Shown: positions 17,002 to 25,935 of the stretch, one piece after another | Position numbering within the stretch: the stretch's first letter is position 1 | How the letters are laid out: every line of letters begins with the position of its first letter | From: Hyphomicrobiaceae bacterium | Lineage (GTDB): Bacteria; Pseudomonadota; Alphaproteobacteria; Rhizobiales; Hyphomicrobiaceae | Assembly: GCA_049278815.1 (NCBI GenBank) | Contig: JBAPMW010000230.1 | Coordinates: 1-30,690, forward strand | Length of the DNA: 30,690 bases | Reading direction: 5' to 3' | Notes under the pieces: model-generated | Databases searched by the model: none | Told to the model about the DNA's origin: nothing | The model's input: only the letters and a program-made list of their open reading frames with translations | Made by a program: the position numbers and the translations under genes

Positions 17002-17510
17002 GCGCGGTAGCCCTGGTCAGCATTCCCGTCGGGGTGGTGGTGGAGCGCCGCAAGGCCACCAGCCCCTGGCTAGATTTCGTCTGGCAGCCCGTGGCCGTGC
17101 TGCCCGGCGTGCCCGCAGCCGAGTCCTGGACGCAGCTGGGGGGCGACGGGGACTCGGCGACGTTCTTCGCCGGCACCGCCACCATCGCGCTCTATCGGAC
17201 CGAGACAGCGAACTACATCGACAACCTCGCCACCGGAGCGCCACAACTGTGGGTGGTGCTGCGCCCCACCGATGGACAGCCGGCCTATGAGGTGCAGGCG
17301 GTCACCGCCGACCCTGCCGAAGGCGAGGCATTCACCGAGGCCGGCAACGATCTGGTCGAGACTGTGCCGATGCCCGCGGATATCAGGGCCGCGGTGGAGG
17401 CGTTCGTCGCCGAGCATCACGTCGAGCGGCCGTTCGTCAAGCGGCAGCGCGACAGCGTCGGTGTGGGCCGGCCGGCCGGCGCACGCAAACCGGAGGAAGG
17501 AAAGCGATGA
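16998..17510 (+). CDS. DUF3305-domain protein
   Basis: VGVVVERR...SPW..WQPVAVLPG...LYRTETANYIDNL...PQLWVV...VTADPAEGE...VPMP...FVKRQR; TTG start overlaps the previous stop. Confidence 0.8.
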   Translation: MSAVALVSIPVGVVVERRKATSPWLDFVWQPVAVLPGVPAAESWTQLGGDGDSATFFAGTATIALYRTETANYIDNLATGAPQLWVVLRPTDGQPAYEVQAVTADPAEGEAFTEAGNDLVETVPMPADIRAAVEAFVAEHHVERPFVKRQRDSVGVGRPAGARKPEEGKR

Positions 17511-18157
17511 GCGGCGACGACACGTTCATTGCGCGCTGGTTGCGGCTCAAGCGCGAGGCGGCCGAGGGCAAGACGGCTGAGGCGCGGGATGTGGAGCCGC
17601 GCGTCGCGGCGACCGAGCCGCTCGCCAAGGCGCCCACCGATGTGCATGCCCAACCCGAGCCGCCTTTCGATCCGGCCACCTTGCCGGCTATCGATTCGAT
17701 TGTGGCCGACAGCGACATCCGCGCCTTCTTGCAGAAAGGCGTGCCGGCGGAGCTGACCAAGGCGGCGCTGCGGCGCGCGTGGTCCGCCGATCCGGGCATT
17801 CGCGATTTCATCGGTCCGGTCGAGAGCCAATGGGACTTCAACGATCCCACGGCCATGGCCGGATTCGGGCCGCTCGAGGCCGGCAGCGATCTACGCAAGC
17901 TCGTGGCCCAGGCCATGGGCGAGCTGCCGGAGGCGGCGGACCCCGCGGAGCGCCCGGAGGAGGAGGCCCGAAAAATAGCTTCGAACGTTTCGGCGAGCGA
18001 GGCTCCCGCACCGCCCGCGCCGGAGCAGCGCGAGGTATCTCCGGAGCCCGTCGGTCAACCGGCCATGGAGGTTGCTGCATCGCAGCAGCCGGCGGCGAGC
18101 CAGGGGACGAGCGCTTTACCCTTCCGCAAGGGGCACGGCCGGGCGTTGCCGCGATAG
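17507..18157 (+). CDS. DUF3306-domain protein
   Basis: FIARWLRLKRE, LPAIDSI...DIRAFLQKGVPAELTKAALRRAWSADP...DFNDP; the usual partner of DUF3305. Confidence 0.8.
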   Translation: MSGDDTFIARWLRLKREAAEGKTAEARDVEPRVAATEPLAKAPTDVHAQPEPPFDPATLPAIDSIVADSDIRAFLQKGVPAELTKAALRRAWSADPGIRDFIGPVESQWDFNDPTAMAGFGPLEAGSDLRKLVAQAMGELPEAADPAERPEEEARKIASNVSASEAPAPPAPEQREVSPEPVGQPAMEVAASQQPAASQGTSALPFRKGHGRALPR

Positions 18158-18384
18158 GGGGCGGGCCCCTGGCATCCAGCGATGCGGCGGCACGACCGCC
18201 CATCCAGAGAACCGGCACGCCGATGCTGCACTGCCGGATAAGCTGCGCGGCATTGAGCCATTGCGAAGCTCGATGACCGGCCATAGCCTTCAGCTATTGA
18301 CGGTCGCACCGGAGTGCCCTTACGGTAGCTGACTATTCTTGTTCTAAAGAAAAGAACGAGCGACACGCGACCCGTAGCAGGCCA

Positions 18385-19155
18385 ATGCGCGATCAGGGAC
18401 TCGACGAGGCGATACGCGCTGCCGGTGGCATCACCGCGCTTGCGCGCAGGATCGGCGTTTCCCAGCCTTCCGTCTCCAACTGGGATCGCATCCCGGCGGA
18501 GCGCGTGTTGTCCGTAGAGGCAGTGACCGGGGTGGCGCGCAGGGTGTTGCGCCCGGATCTCTTCGGGACCGAGATGCACACCACCGATGAAGTCGATGCC
18601 GCGCGCGCACGGGAATACGCGCTTCTGGCGACGCTGCTCACCTCCAGCCCGGACGCGAAGCTGCTCGGGCAGCTGGCGCGCATGCCGGTAGACGCAAGCC
18701 CGCTCGGTCTGGCGCATGCGGCGCTCGGCACAGCGGCCGCGCGGCTCGATGTGGAGCGCGTCGGGCGGGAATACTTCGAGCTGTTTGTCGGTGTGGGCCG
18801 CGGGGATCTTCTTCCCTACGCGTCGTACTACCTCACCGGCTTCCTGCATGCGCGCCCGCTGGCGCATCTGCGGCAGGACCTGCGCCGTCTGGGCATCGAG
18901 CGGGACAAGGGGCGGTCGGAGCCCGAGGACCACGCCGCGACCCTGTGCGAGGTGATGGCGCTGCTGGCCAGCGGCGAGATCGAAGCGCCGCCCGGCGCCG
19001 ACCGGGAATTCTTCGGGGCGCACATGGCGCCGTGGATCGGCCGCTTCTTCGCCGACATGGGGCTTGCGGGGGCCGCCGACCTTTATGCCTGCGTCGGCGC
19101 GCTGGGGCGGACCTTTGTGGAGATAGAAACCGAGGCTTTCGCGCTGCCGTCGTGA
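18385..19155 (+). CDS. TorD/DmsD-family molybdoenzyme chaperone with an N-terminal Cro/YdaS-like HTH
   Basis: Residues 1-61 (EAIRAAGGITALARRIGVSQPSVSNWDRIPAERVLSVEAVTGVARRVLRPDLFG) are Cro-like. The remainder has REYFELFVGVGRG, LLPYASYY, EPEDHAATLCEVM and FFGAHMAPW TorD motifs. Confidence 0.9.
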   Translation: MRDQGLDEAIRAAGGITALARRIGVSQPSVSNWDRIPAERVLSVEAVTGVARRVLRPDLFGTEMHTTDEVDAARAREYALLATLLTSSPDAKLLGQLARMPVDASPLGLAHAALGTAAARLDVERVGREYFELFVGVGRGDLLPYASYYLTGFLHARPLAHLRQDLRRLGIERDKGRSEPEDHAATLCEVMALLASGEIEAPPGADREFFGAHMAPWIGRFFADMGLAGAADLYACVGALGRTFVEIETEAFALPS

Positions 19156-19186
19156 GCGCGGGGACCGTATCGAGGAGGAAGCAACC

Positions 19187-19399
19187 ATGAACGCAGAAGG
19201 TAAGGCGAGAGTGGGGCGCCGCGATTTCCTTCGCGCGCTGGGCGCCGGTGCGGGCGTCGCGGCCGTTGCCGCCGGCCCCCTGACGGAAGCCGCCATAGCC
19301 GACAGCGAGACCAACGACGAGAAGAGAAAGCCGCGCTACCAGGAGACGGAGCACGTGAAGGCTTTCTACCGCGTCAACAGGTATCCAAACAGCCGCTAA
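19187..19399 (+). CDS. Small Tat-signal protein of formate dehydrogenase regions
   Basis: GAGGAGG RBS; GRRDFLR twin-arginine signal; C-terminal RYQETEHVKAFYRVNRY. Confidence 0.85.
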   Translation: MNAEGKARVGRRDFLRALGAGAGVAAVAAGPLTEAAIADSETNDEKRKPRYQETEHVKAFYRVNRYPNSR

Positions 19400-19411
19400 G
19401 GGAGGCCAGCC

Positions 19412-22348
19412 GTGCTTATCAGGAAAAGCGAACGCCAAGCGCGCCGTGGCACACTGGGCGCCGCGCTGGCAATCCATTCGAGCGGCAGCCTCGATCGCCG
19501 CACCTTCCTGCGCCGCTCGGGCCTTGCGGCCGGAGCGCTGGCGGGGCTCGGAGCGCTGCCGCTCGGCGGTGTGCGCAAGGCTGAGGCGGGACCGCCGCCC
19601 GCGCCCGGCGCCGCGGTGACCCTGCGCAAGAGCGTCTGCACCCACTGCTCGGTCGGCTGCACCGTCACCGCCGAGGTCTCCAACGACGTGTGGATCGGCC
19701 AGGAGCCGAGCTGGGACAGCCCGATCAACCGCGGCTCGCACTGCGCCAAGGGCGCCTCGGTGCGCGAGCTGGTGTCCGGCGAGCGCCGGCTCAAGTACCC
19801 GATGAAGCTCACCAACGGGCAGTGGGCGCGCGTCTCCTGGGAGCAGGCGATCAACGAGATCGGCGACAAGCTGGCCGCCATTCGTCAGAAGTCGGGTGCC
19901 GACTCGGTCTATTGGCTCGGCTCGGCCAAGATGACCAACGAGGGCTCCTACCTGTTCCGCAAGCTCGGTGCGTTCTGGGGGACCAACAACACCGATCACC
20001 AGGCGCGCATCTGCCATTCCACCACCGTCACCGGCGTGGCCAATACCTGGGGCTACGGCGCGATGACGAACAGCTACACCGACATCCGCAACGCCAAGAC
20101 CCAGGTCATCATGGGCGGCAACCCGGCCGAGGCGCATCCGGTGTCGCTGCAGCACCTGCTGGAGGGCGCAGAGCTCAACAAGGCGAACGTTGTCGTCATC
20201 GATCCGCGGCTGACGCGCACCGCCGCGCACGCCACCGAATATGTGCGGTTGCGCCCGGGCACCGACATCCCGGTGCTGTACGGGATCATGTGGCACATCG
20301 TGCAGAACGGCTGGGAGGACAAGGAGTTCATTCGCCAGCGCGTCTACGGCTTCGAGGACGTGCGCAGGGAGATCGAGAAGTGGACTCCGGACGAGGTTGA
20401 GCGCGTCACCGGCGTTCCCGGCGAGCAGCTCAAGCGCGTCGCCGAGATGTTCGCGAAGCAGAAGCCGGCGACCCTGATCTGGTGCATGGGGCAGACCCAG
20501 CACACCGTCGGCACGGCCAACGTGCGCGCCAGCTGCATCCTGCTGCTGCTGACCGGCAACGTCGGCGCCCCAGGCACCGGCGCCAACATCTTCCGCGGCC
20601 ACGACAACGTGCAGGGCGCCACCGATGTGGGCCTCGATATCGTGACGCTGCCTTTCTACTACGGCTTGGCGGAAGGCGCCTGGAGGCACTGGGCGCGCGT
20701 CTGGGAGGTGGACTTCGACTATCTCGTCGGGCGCTTCGACGACAAGAAGATCGTGCATACCCCCGGTATCCCGCTGACGCGGTGGTTCGACGGGGTGCTG
20801 CTGCCCAAGGACCAAGTTGCCCAGAAGGACAATCTGCGCGCCATGTTCGTGCAGGGCCATGCCAGCAACAGCATCACGCGCATCCCCGAGTCGCTGAAGG
20901 GGCTGGCGCAGCTGGAGCTGCTGGTCGTCGCCGACCCGCATCCCACCACCTGGGCCTCGCTCGCGGTCCAGGCCGGCCGCAAGGAGAACGCGTATCTGCT
21001 GCCGGTCGCGTCCCAGTTCGAGTGCAAGGGCTCGCGCGTGGCCTCCAACCGCGCGCTGCAGTGGGGCGAGCAGATCGTCAAGCCGATCTTCGAGTCGAAG
21101 GACGATCTGGAGGTCATGTACCTGATCGCCAAGAAGTGCGGCTTCGCCGACCAGATGTTCAAGAACATCAAGGTCGAGAACAACCTGCCGGTGGCCGAGG
21201 ACATTCTGCGCGAGATCAACCGTGGCAGCTGGTCGACCGGGTACTGCGGCCAGTCGCCGGAGCGCCTGAAGTCGCACATGGCGCGTCAGGCGGACTTCGA
21301 CATGCTCACGCAGCGTGCCACAACCGGTCCCAACAAGGGCGACTACTACGGCCTGCCCTGGCCGTGCTGGGGCTCGCCCGAGGTCAGGCATCCCGGCACG
21401 CCGCTGCTCTACAACACCAACCTGTCCATGATGGACGGCGGCGGCACCTTCCGCGCCCGCTTCGGTGTGGAGCGTGAAGAGAAGCTGCCCGACGGGACCA
21501 CCCGCAAGGTCAACCTGCTGGCCGAGGGCTCGTACTCGAAGGACTCGGACATCAAGGACGGCTATCCGCAGTTCACCTACGGCGTGCTGAAGAAGCTGGG
21601 GTGGGATACGGAGCTGACCGAAGTGGAGCGGGCGACCATCGAGCGCGTCGGAGGCGCCAACCCCGATGGCGTGTCGTGGTCGACCGACCTCTCGGGCGGC
21701 ATCCAGCGCGTGGCCCTGAAGCACAACTGCATCCCGTACGGCAATGGCAAGGCCCGCATGAACGCCTGGAACCTGCCGGATCCGATCCCGGTGCACCGCG
21801 AGCCGATCTATACCCCGCGCGTCGACCTGGTGAGCAAGTATCCGACGCTGCCGGACGCCAGGCAGTTCCGGCTGCCGAACGTCGGCTTCTCGGTGCAGAA
21901 GGCCGCCGTGGACAGGGGAGTAGCCAAGGATTTCCCGATCATCCTCTCGTCCGGCCGTCTGGTCGAGTACGAGGGCGGCGGAGAGGAGACCCGGTCCAAC
22001 AGGTGGCTCGCCGAGCTGCAACAGGAGATGTTCATCGAGATCAATCCTGCGGACGCCACCGTGCGCGGCATCCGGGACGGCAGCTGGGTGTGGGTCACGG
22101 GCGCGGAGAACTCGTCCAAGGCCAAGGTCAAGGCGCTCGTCACCGAGCGCGTCGGCAAGGGCGTGGCCTGGATGCCCTTCCACTTCGGCGGCTGGTTCGG
22201 GGGTGACGATCTGCGCGGCAACTATCCGCAGGGCGCCGACCCGATCGTGCTCGGCGAGAGCGCCAACACGATCACGACCTACGGGTACGACCCGGCCACC
22301 GGCATGCAGGAGCCCAAAGTCACACTCTGCCAGATCAGGGCGGACTAA
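19412..22348 (+). CDS. fdhA: Periplasmic formate dehydrogenase alpha subunit (Mo/W-bisPGD, Cys ligand)
   Basis: 978 aa; Tat DRRTFLRRS; CTHCSVGC...HCAKG [4Fe-4S]; active-site ARICHS; RGHDNVQGATD; C-terminal molybdopterin-dinucleotide-binding domain. Confidence 0.95.
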   Translation: MLIRKSERQARRGTLGAALAIHSSGSLDRRTFLRRSGLAAGALAGLGALPLGGVRKAEAGPPPAPGAAVTLRKSVCTHCSVGCTVTAEVSNDVWIGQEPSWDSPINRGSHCAKGASVRELVSGERRLKYPMKLTNGQWARVSWEQAINEIGDKLAAIRQKSGADSVYWLGSAKMTNEGSYLFRKLGAFWGTNNTDHQARICHSTTVTGVANTWGYGAMTNSYTDIRNAKTQVIMGGNPAEAHPVSLQHLLEGAELNKANVVVIDPRLTRTAAHATEYVRLRPGTDIPVLYGIMWHIVQNGWEDKEFIRQRVYGFEDVRREIEKWTPDEVERVTGVPGEQLKRVAEMFAKQKPATLIWCMGQTQHTVGTANVRASCILLLLTGNVGAPGTGANIFRGHDNVQGATDVGLDIVTLPFYYGLAEGAWRHWARVWEVDFDYLVGRFDDKKIVHTPGIPLTRWFDGVLLPKDQVAQKDNLRAMFVQGHASNSITRIPESLKGLAQLELLVVADPHPTTWASLAVQAGRKENAYLLPVASQFECKGSRVASNRALQWGEQIVKPIFESKDDLEVMYLIAKKCGFADQMFKNIKVENNLPVAEDILREINRGSWSTGYCGQSPERLKSHMARQADFDMLTQRATTGPNKGDYYGLPWPCWGSPEVRHPGTPLLYNTNLSMMDGGGTFRARFGVEREEKLPDGTTRKVNLLAEGSYSKDSDIKDGYPQFTYGVLKKLGWDTELTEVERATIERVGGANPDGVSWSTDLSGGIQRVALKHNCIPYGNGKARMNAWNLPDPIPVHREPIYTPRVDLVSKYPTLPDARQFRLPNVGFSVQKAAVDRGVAKDFPIILSSGRLVEYEGGGEETRSNRWLAELQQEMFIEINPADATVRGIRDGSWVWVTGAENSSKAKVKALVTERVGKGVAWMPFHFGGWFGGDDLRGNYPQGADPIVLGESANTITTYGYDPATGMQEPKVTLCQIRAD

Positions 22349-22360
22349 GGAGGAACGACC

Positions 22361-22981
22361 ATGGCTCGAATGAAGTTTCTCTGCGACGCCGACCGCTGCA
22401 TCGAGTGCAACGCCTGCGTTACCGCCTGCAAGAACGAGCACGATGTCCCCTGGGGCATCAATCGCCGGCGCGTCGTCACCATCAACGACGGCAAGCCGGG
22501 CGAGCGCTCGGTGTCGATGGCCTGCATGCATTGCACCGACGCGCCCTGCGCTGCGGTGTGCCCCGTCAACTGCTTCTATACGACGGCCGACGCGGTGGTG
22601 CTGCATTCCAAAGACTTGTGCATCGGCTGCGGCTATTGCTTCTACGCCTGCCCGTTCGGCGCGCCGCAGTATCCGCGTGTCGGCAACTTCGGCTCGCGCG
22701 GCAAGATGGACAAGTGCACCTACTGCGCCGGCGGCCCGGAGACGGACCTGACGGCCGCCGAGTACGGCAGCCGCGCCAACGGCCAGTACACCGGCTACGG
22801 CTCGAACCGGCTCGCCGAGGGCAAGCTTCCGCTCTGCGCCGAGATGTGCGCCACCAAGTCGCTGCTGGCAGGCGACGGCGAGATCATCGCCAAGATCTTC
22901 CAGGAGCGCGTGCTGCGGCGTGGCTACAGCTCGGGCGCCTGGGGCTGGCAGACCGCCTACCGCCAGCGCATCGAATCCTAA
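22361..22981 (+). CDS. fdhB: Formate dehydrogenase iron-sulfur (beta) subunit
   Basis: CIECNACVTAC, CMHCTDAPCAAVCP, CIGCGYCFYACP, KCTYC...PLCAEMC; AGGAGG RBS. Confidence 0.95.
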   Translation: MARMKFLCDADRCIECNACVTACKNEHDVPWGINRRRVVTINDGKPGERSVSMACMHCTDAPCAAVCPVNCFYTTADAVVLHSKDLCIGCGYCFYACPFGAPQYPRVGNFGSRGKMDKCTYCAGGPETDLTAAEYGSRANGQYTGYGSNRLAEGKLPLCAEMCATKSLLAGDGEIIAKIFQERVLRRGYSSGAWGWQTAYRQRIES

Positions 22982-23068
22982 CCACGCGGGGCCGGCCGGC
23001 GGGAGCCAACCCGCCGCTCCAATCGTCTTTGTCAACGGCAGAGCCAGCAGGATCAGGGAGGCAGAGAA

Positions 23069-24070
23069 ATGCCAACGAGCGCGTCGTTCCGGCTCTTCAT
23101 CGCCGCGTTGATGCTCAGCCTCGCGGCAGCATTTACGGTCCCGGCCGCAGGGCCGGCCTTTGCGCAGTCGGTCAATCCGACCGCGCAGTCGGTGAAGGAG
23201 AAGGAGCTCCTGAAGGAGCTGCAGAAAATCCAGGGCCGCGGCACGCTGCCCGACCGGCGCTCGAGCGTTCTGGAGCAGCCGGAAGGGCGTAGCTGGCGGC
23301 ACTTCCACCAGGTCACCCTGCGCTGGATCGGCGCCATCGCCATTCTCGGCATGCTCGCCCTCCTGGTCCTCTTCTACCTGATCCGCGGCATGGTCAGGAT
23401 CGAGGCCGGGCGCTCGGGGCGCACTGTGGTGCGCTTCAATGCCTTCGAACGCTTCGTCCACTGGATGACAGCGGGATCGTTCGTGGTGCTGGCGGTGTCC
23501 GGCCTCAACATCACCTTCGGCAAGGACCTCCTCACCCCCTTGATCGGCCCCGTGGCGTTCGCCGAGTGGTCGCAGTGGGCCAAGTACGCCCACAACTACC
23601 TGAGCTTCCCGTTCACGCTCGGCGTAGTGCTGACGTTCCTGATGTGGATCGCCTGGAACCTCCCCACCGGGGCCGACTTCAAGTGGCTCGCAGAGGGCGG
23701 CGGCCTGGTTGGTGGCAAGCATCCGCCCGCCAAGCGCTTCAATGCCGGACAGAAGGCGATCTACTGGATCGTGGTGCTGGGTGGCGCGGCGGTCGCCGTC
23801 ACCGGCTATGTGTTGATGTTCCCCTTCTATGGCACCGATATCGCCGGCATGCAGACGGCGCAGATGGTGCACGGCATCGTCGGCCTCGTGTTCATCGCCA
23901 TCATGCTGGCGCACATCTACATCGGCACCATCGGCATGCAGGGCGCCTTCGAGGCCATGGGCAAGGGCGAGGTGGACGTCAATTGGGCGCGCCAGCACCA
24001 TAGCTTGTGGTTCGATCAGGAGACCCAGAAGGGGCGCACCTCGGGCGGTGCAACCGCCCCGGCAGAATAG
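23069..24070 (+). CDS. fdhC: Formate dehydrogenase gamma (cytochrome b) subunit with N-terminal periplasmic extension
   Basis: RFNAFERFVHW, KYAHNY, FNAGQKAIYW, MVHGIVG, LAHIYIG and WARQHH motifs. Confidence 0.93.
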   Translation: MPTSASFRLFIAALMLSLAAAFTVPAAGPAFAQSVNPTAQSVKEKELLKELQKIQGRGTLPDRRSSVLEQPEGRSWRHFHQVTLRWIGAIAILGMLALLVLFYLIRGMVRIEAGRSGRTVVRFNAFERFVHWMTAGSFVVLAVSGLNITFGKDLLTPLIGPVAFAEWSQWAKYAHNYLSFPFTLGVVLTFLMWIAWNLPTGADFKWLAEGGGLVGGKHPPAKRFNAGQKAIYWIVVLGGAAVAVTGYVLMFPFYGTDIAGMQTAQMVHGIVGLVFIAIMLAHIYIGTIGMQGAFEAMGKGEVDVNWARQHHSLWFDQETQKGRTSGGATAPAE

Positions 24071-24089
24071 CGCAGAGGAGGACCATCGC

Positions 24090-24218
24090 ATGCGTGCTTT
24101 CTCGCTCGCCTGTCTGGCTGCGATCGTGTTGGGGGTGGGGGCGGCTCTTGTGCTCAACAGCGGCTTTCTCCCCAACGCCGTGTCGAGCGTCTTCACCACG
24201 GAGAGCGTGCGCATATAG
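24090..24218 (+). CDS. Small single-TM protein (42 aa)
   Basis: GAGGAGG RBS 20 nt after the fdhC stop region; MRAFSLACLAAIVLGVGAALVLNSGFLPNAVSSVFTTESVRI. Confidence 0.65.
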   Translation: MRAFSLACLAAIVLGVGAALVLNSGFLPNAVSSVFTTESVRI

Positions 24219-24399
24219 GCGACCCAGGCGGATCGCCGATGACGGTCGCATCCCTCGTACGTTGCGTGCGTCGTCGACGTCCCCTGAGATGGCGCGCGGT
24301 TCCAAGCTGGCGATCGAGATCCGCGCCGCCGACGTTCCGCTGCTCTCCTGGCGCAACCGGCCTCCGTGTCGTCGCGTAAGGGCGAGCGGCGAAGCGGCG

Positions 24400-24795
24400 G
24401 GAGCACATGTGAGCGGAAGACTGGTCGCCAGCGCTTCCGCGAGTGCCGCGACGCCGTTCGCCTCCAGCAGGATCAGCGGCTTGCCTTCGCGCTCGCAGTA
24501 CCTTTCGAGACTCCGCCCGAGATCGCAGCCGGTGCCAGCGTGAAACACAAATGTGCGACCGCTCCAGGACCTCCTCAAGCCGGCTTCCATGCTCGGCCGG
24601 GCCCAGGCCGTGGTGCATGAAGACAGCCCGCCGCGCCTGCCAATACGCCCGGATCGGCTCGACGGCGGCGCTGGGCCCCCCGATATGGGCGATGCGGACC
24701 CCCGGAATGCGCGCCGGGCCGCTGCTGGTTGCTTCCGATGGCGCGACGCCTCGACTGGGCCTCCGCCGGCCTTTTGTGGCCCCTCGCGTCTTCAT
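24400..24795 (-). pseudogene. DUF2325-like gene with a +1 frameshift; 3' end undefined
   Basis: GGAG RBS, ATG at 24795. IAHIGGPSAAVEPIRAYWQARRAVFMHHGLGPAEHGSRLEEVLERSHI continues in another frame as VFHAGTGCDLGRSLERYCEREGKPLILLEANGVAALAEAL. Removing one base from the A-run at 24549-24551 joins them. Confidence 0.6.
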
Positions 24796-24955
24796 GTGCT
24801 CCGGTGCGGCCGTTAGAGTGGCAAAGTAATGCATAATTTACGCTGAAAGCTAGAATGACGCAAGGGACCGCCAGTAATGCAACCAAGGCCGCAGGGCGCG
24901 ACGTGGTTGTTGGCGCCATAGCCGGAGGCTAAATGGTCGCGTTCCCAGCCCGCCG

Positions 24956-25870
24956 ATGGCCCCGATGAGCACGCATGTTGTTCCCGACCTGATGACGGTC
25001 ACAGAGGTCGCCGACTACCTGCGGGTGCGCGAGCGCACGGTCTACGAGCTGGTGCGTACGCAGCGCATCCCGAGCTGCAAGCTCTCGGGCAAGCTCCTGT
25101 TTCCCAAGCGGCTGATCGAGTTGTGGGTGGCGCAGTCGGCCGACTACCCGCAGGCTGCCACGCATCTGGCGAGCCCGCCGCCGGTCATTGCCGGCAGCCA
25201 CGACCTGCTGCTCGACTGGAGCGTGCGGGAATCGGGCTGCGAGCTTGCCATCCTGGTCGGCGGCAGCACAGCGGGCATGCACCGCCTGCTGGCCGGCCAG
25301 GCGGTGGCCTGCGGCCTGCACCTGATCGATCCGGTCACCGGCGAATACGATGCGGCCACGCTGACGACCAGCCTGCCGGGCCTCGATTTCGTGGTGATCG
25401 AATGGGCTAGGCGCCAGCAGGGCCTGGTGCTGGCCCCGGGCAACCCGGCAGGGATCGGCTCGGTCGCCGACCTGCGCAAGCGGGGCACCCGTGTTGCTGC
25501 TCGCCAGCCGGGGTCAGGTACGGCGCTGCTCCTCTCGAAGCTGCTCGGCGAGGCCGACCTCTCGCCGGACGCCCTCACGACCATGGAGCGGCCCCTCAGC
25601 AGCCATACGGACGTGGCCGACGCCATCCGCCAGGGCAGGGCCGACGCCGGCCTGGCGATCGCGGCCGTCGCCCGCGAGCAGGGGCTCGATTTCCTGCCGC
25701 TGATCTGGGAGCGCTACGACCTTGTGGTCCGCCGCATGGAATACTTCGAGCCGCCGCTGCAGCAGCTGTTCGCGTTCACGCGTACCGATCTCTTCCGCGA
25801 GCACGCGAAATCGCTCGGCGGCTACGATGTGGCCAATACGGGCGCCGTGATTTTCAACGCCCCACGATAG
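24956..25870 (+). CDS. Transcriptional regulator: excisionase-type HTH (HTH_17) plus PBP-like molybdate/tungstate-binding domain (TaoR-like architecture)
   Basis: LMTVTEVADYLRVRERTVYELVRTQRIPSCKLSGKLLFPK; then AGSHDLLL, GGSTAG, RQQGLVL, RQPGSGT, ADAGLAI, ERYDLV and LGGYD. Confidence 0.88.
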   Translation: MAPMSTHVVPDLMTVTEVADYLRVRERTVYELVRTQRIPSCKLSGKLLFPKRLIELWVAQSADYPQAATHLASPPPVIAGSHDLLLDWSVRESGCELAILVGGSTAGMHRLLAGQAVACGLHLIDPVTGEYDAATLTTSLPGLDFVVIEWARRQQGLVLAPGNPAGIGSVADLRKRGTRVAARQPGSGTALLLSKLLGEADLSPDALTTMERPLSSHTDVADAIRQGRADAGLAIAAVAREQGLDFLPLIWERYDLVVRRMEYFEPPLQQLFAFTRTDLFREHAKSLGGYDVANTGAVIFNAPR

Positions 25871-25935
25871 GGACCTGTGCAGGGCCGCGCAACCTGAACG
25901 GTGCCGTCGGTGCGCTTTCAGGCCTTGCTCAACGC

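Noticed and set aside
19412..22348. Selenocysteine FDH or a Moco/Tuco riboswitch
   Set aside because: The active-site codon is TGC (ARICHS) with no in-frame TGA; no riboswitch consensus recognised upstream.
18833..24406. 1857-aa minus-strand ORF, and other long antisense ORFs such as 8045-9523 and 6525-7772
   Set aside because: Shadow ORFs opposite well-supported genes; expected from high-GC codon bias and without recognisable motifs.
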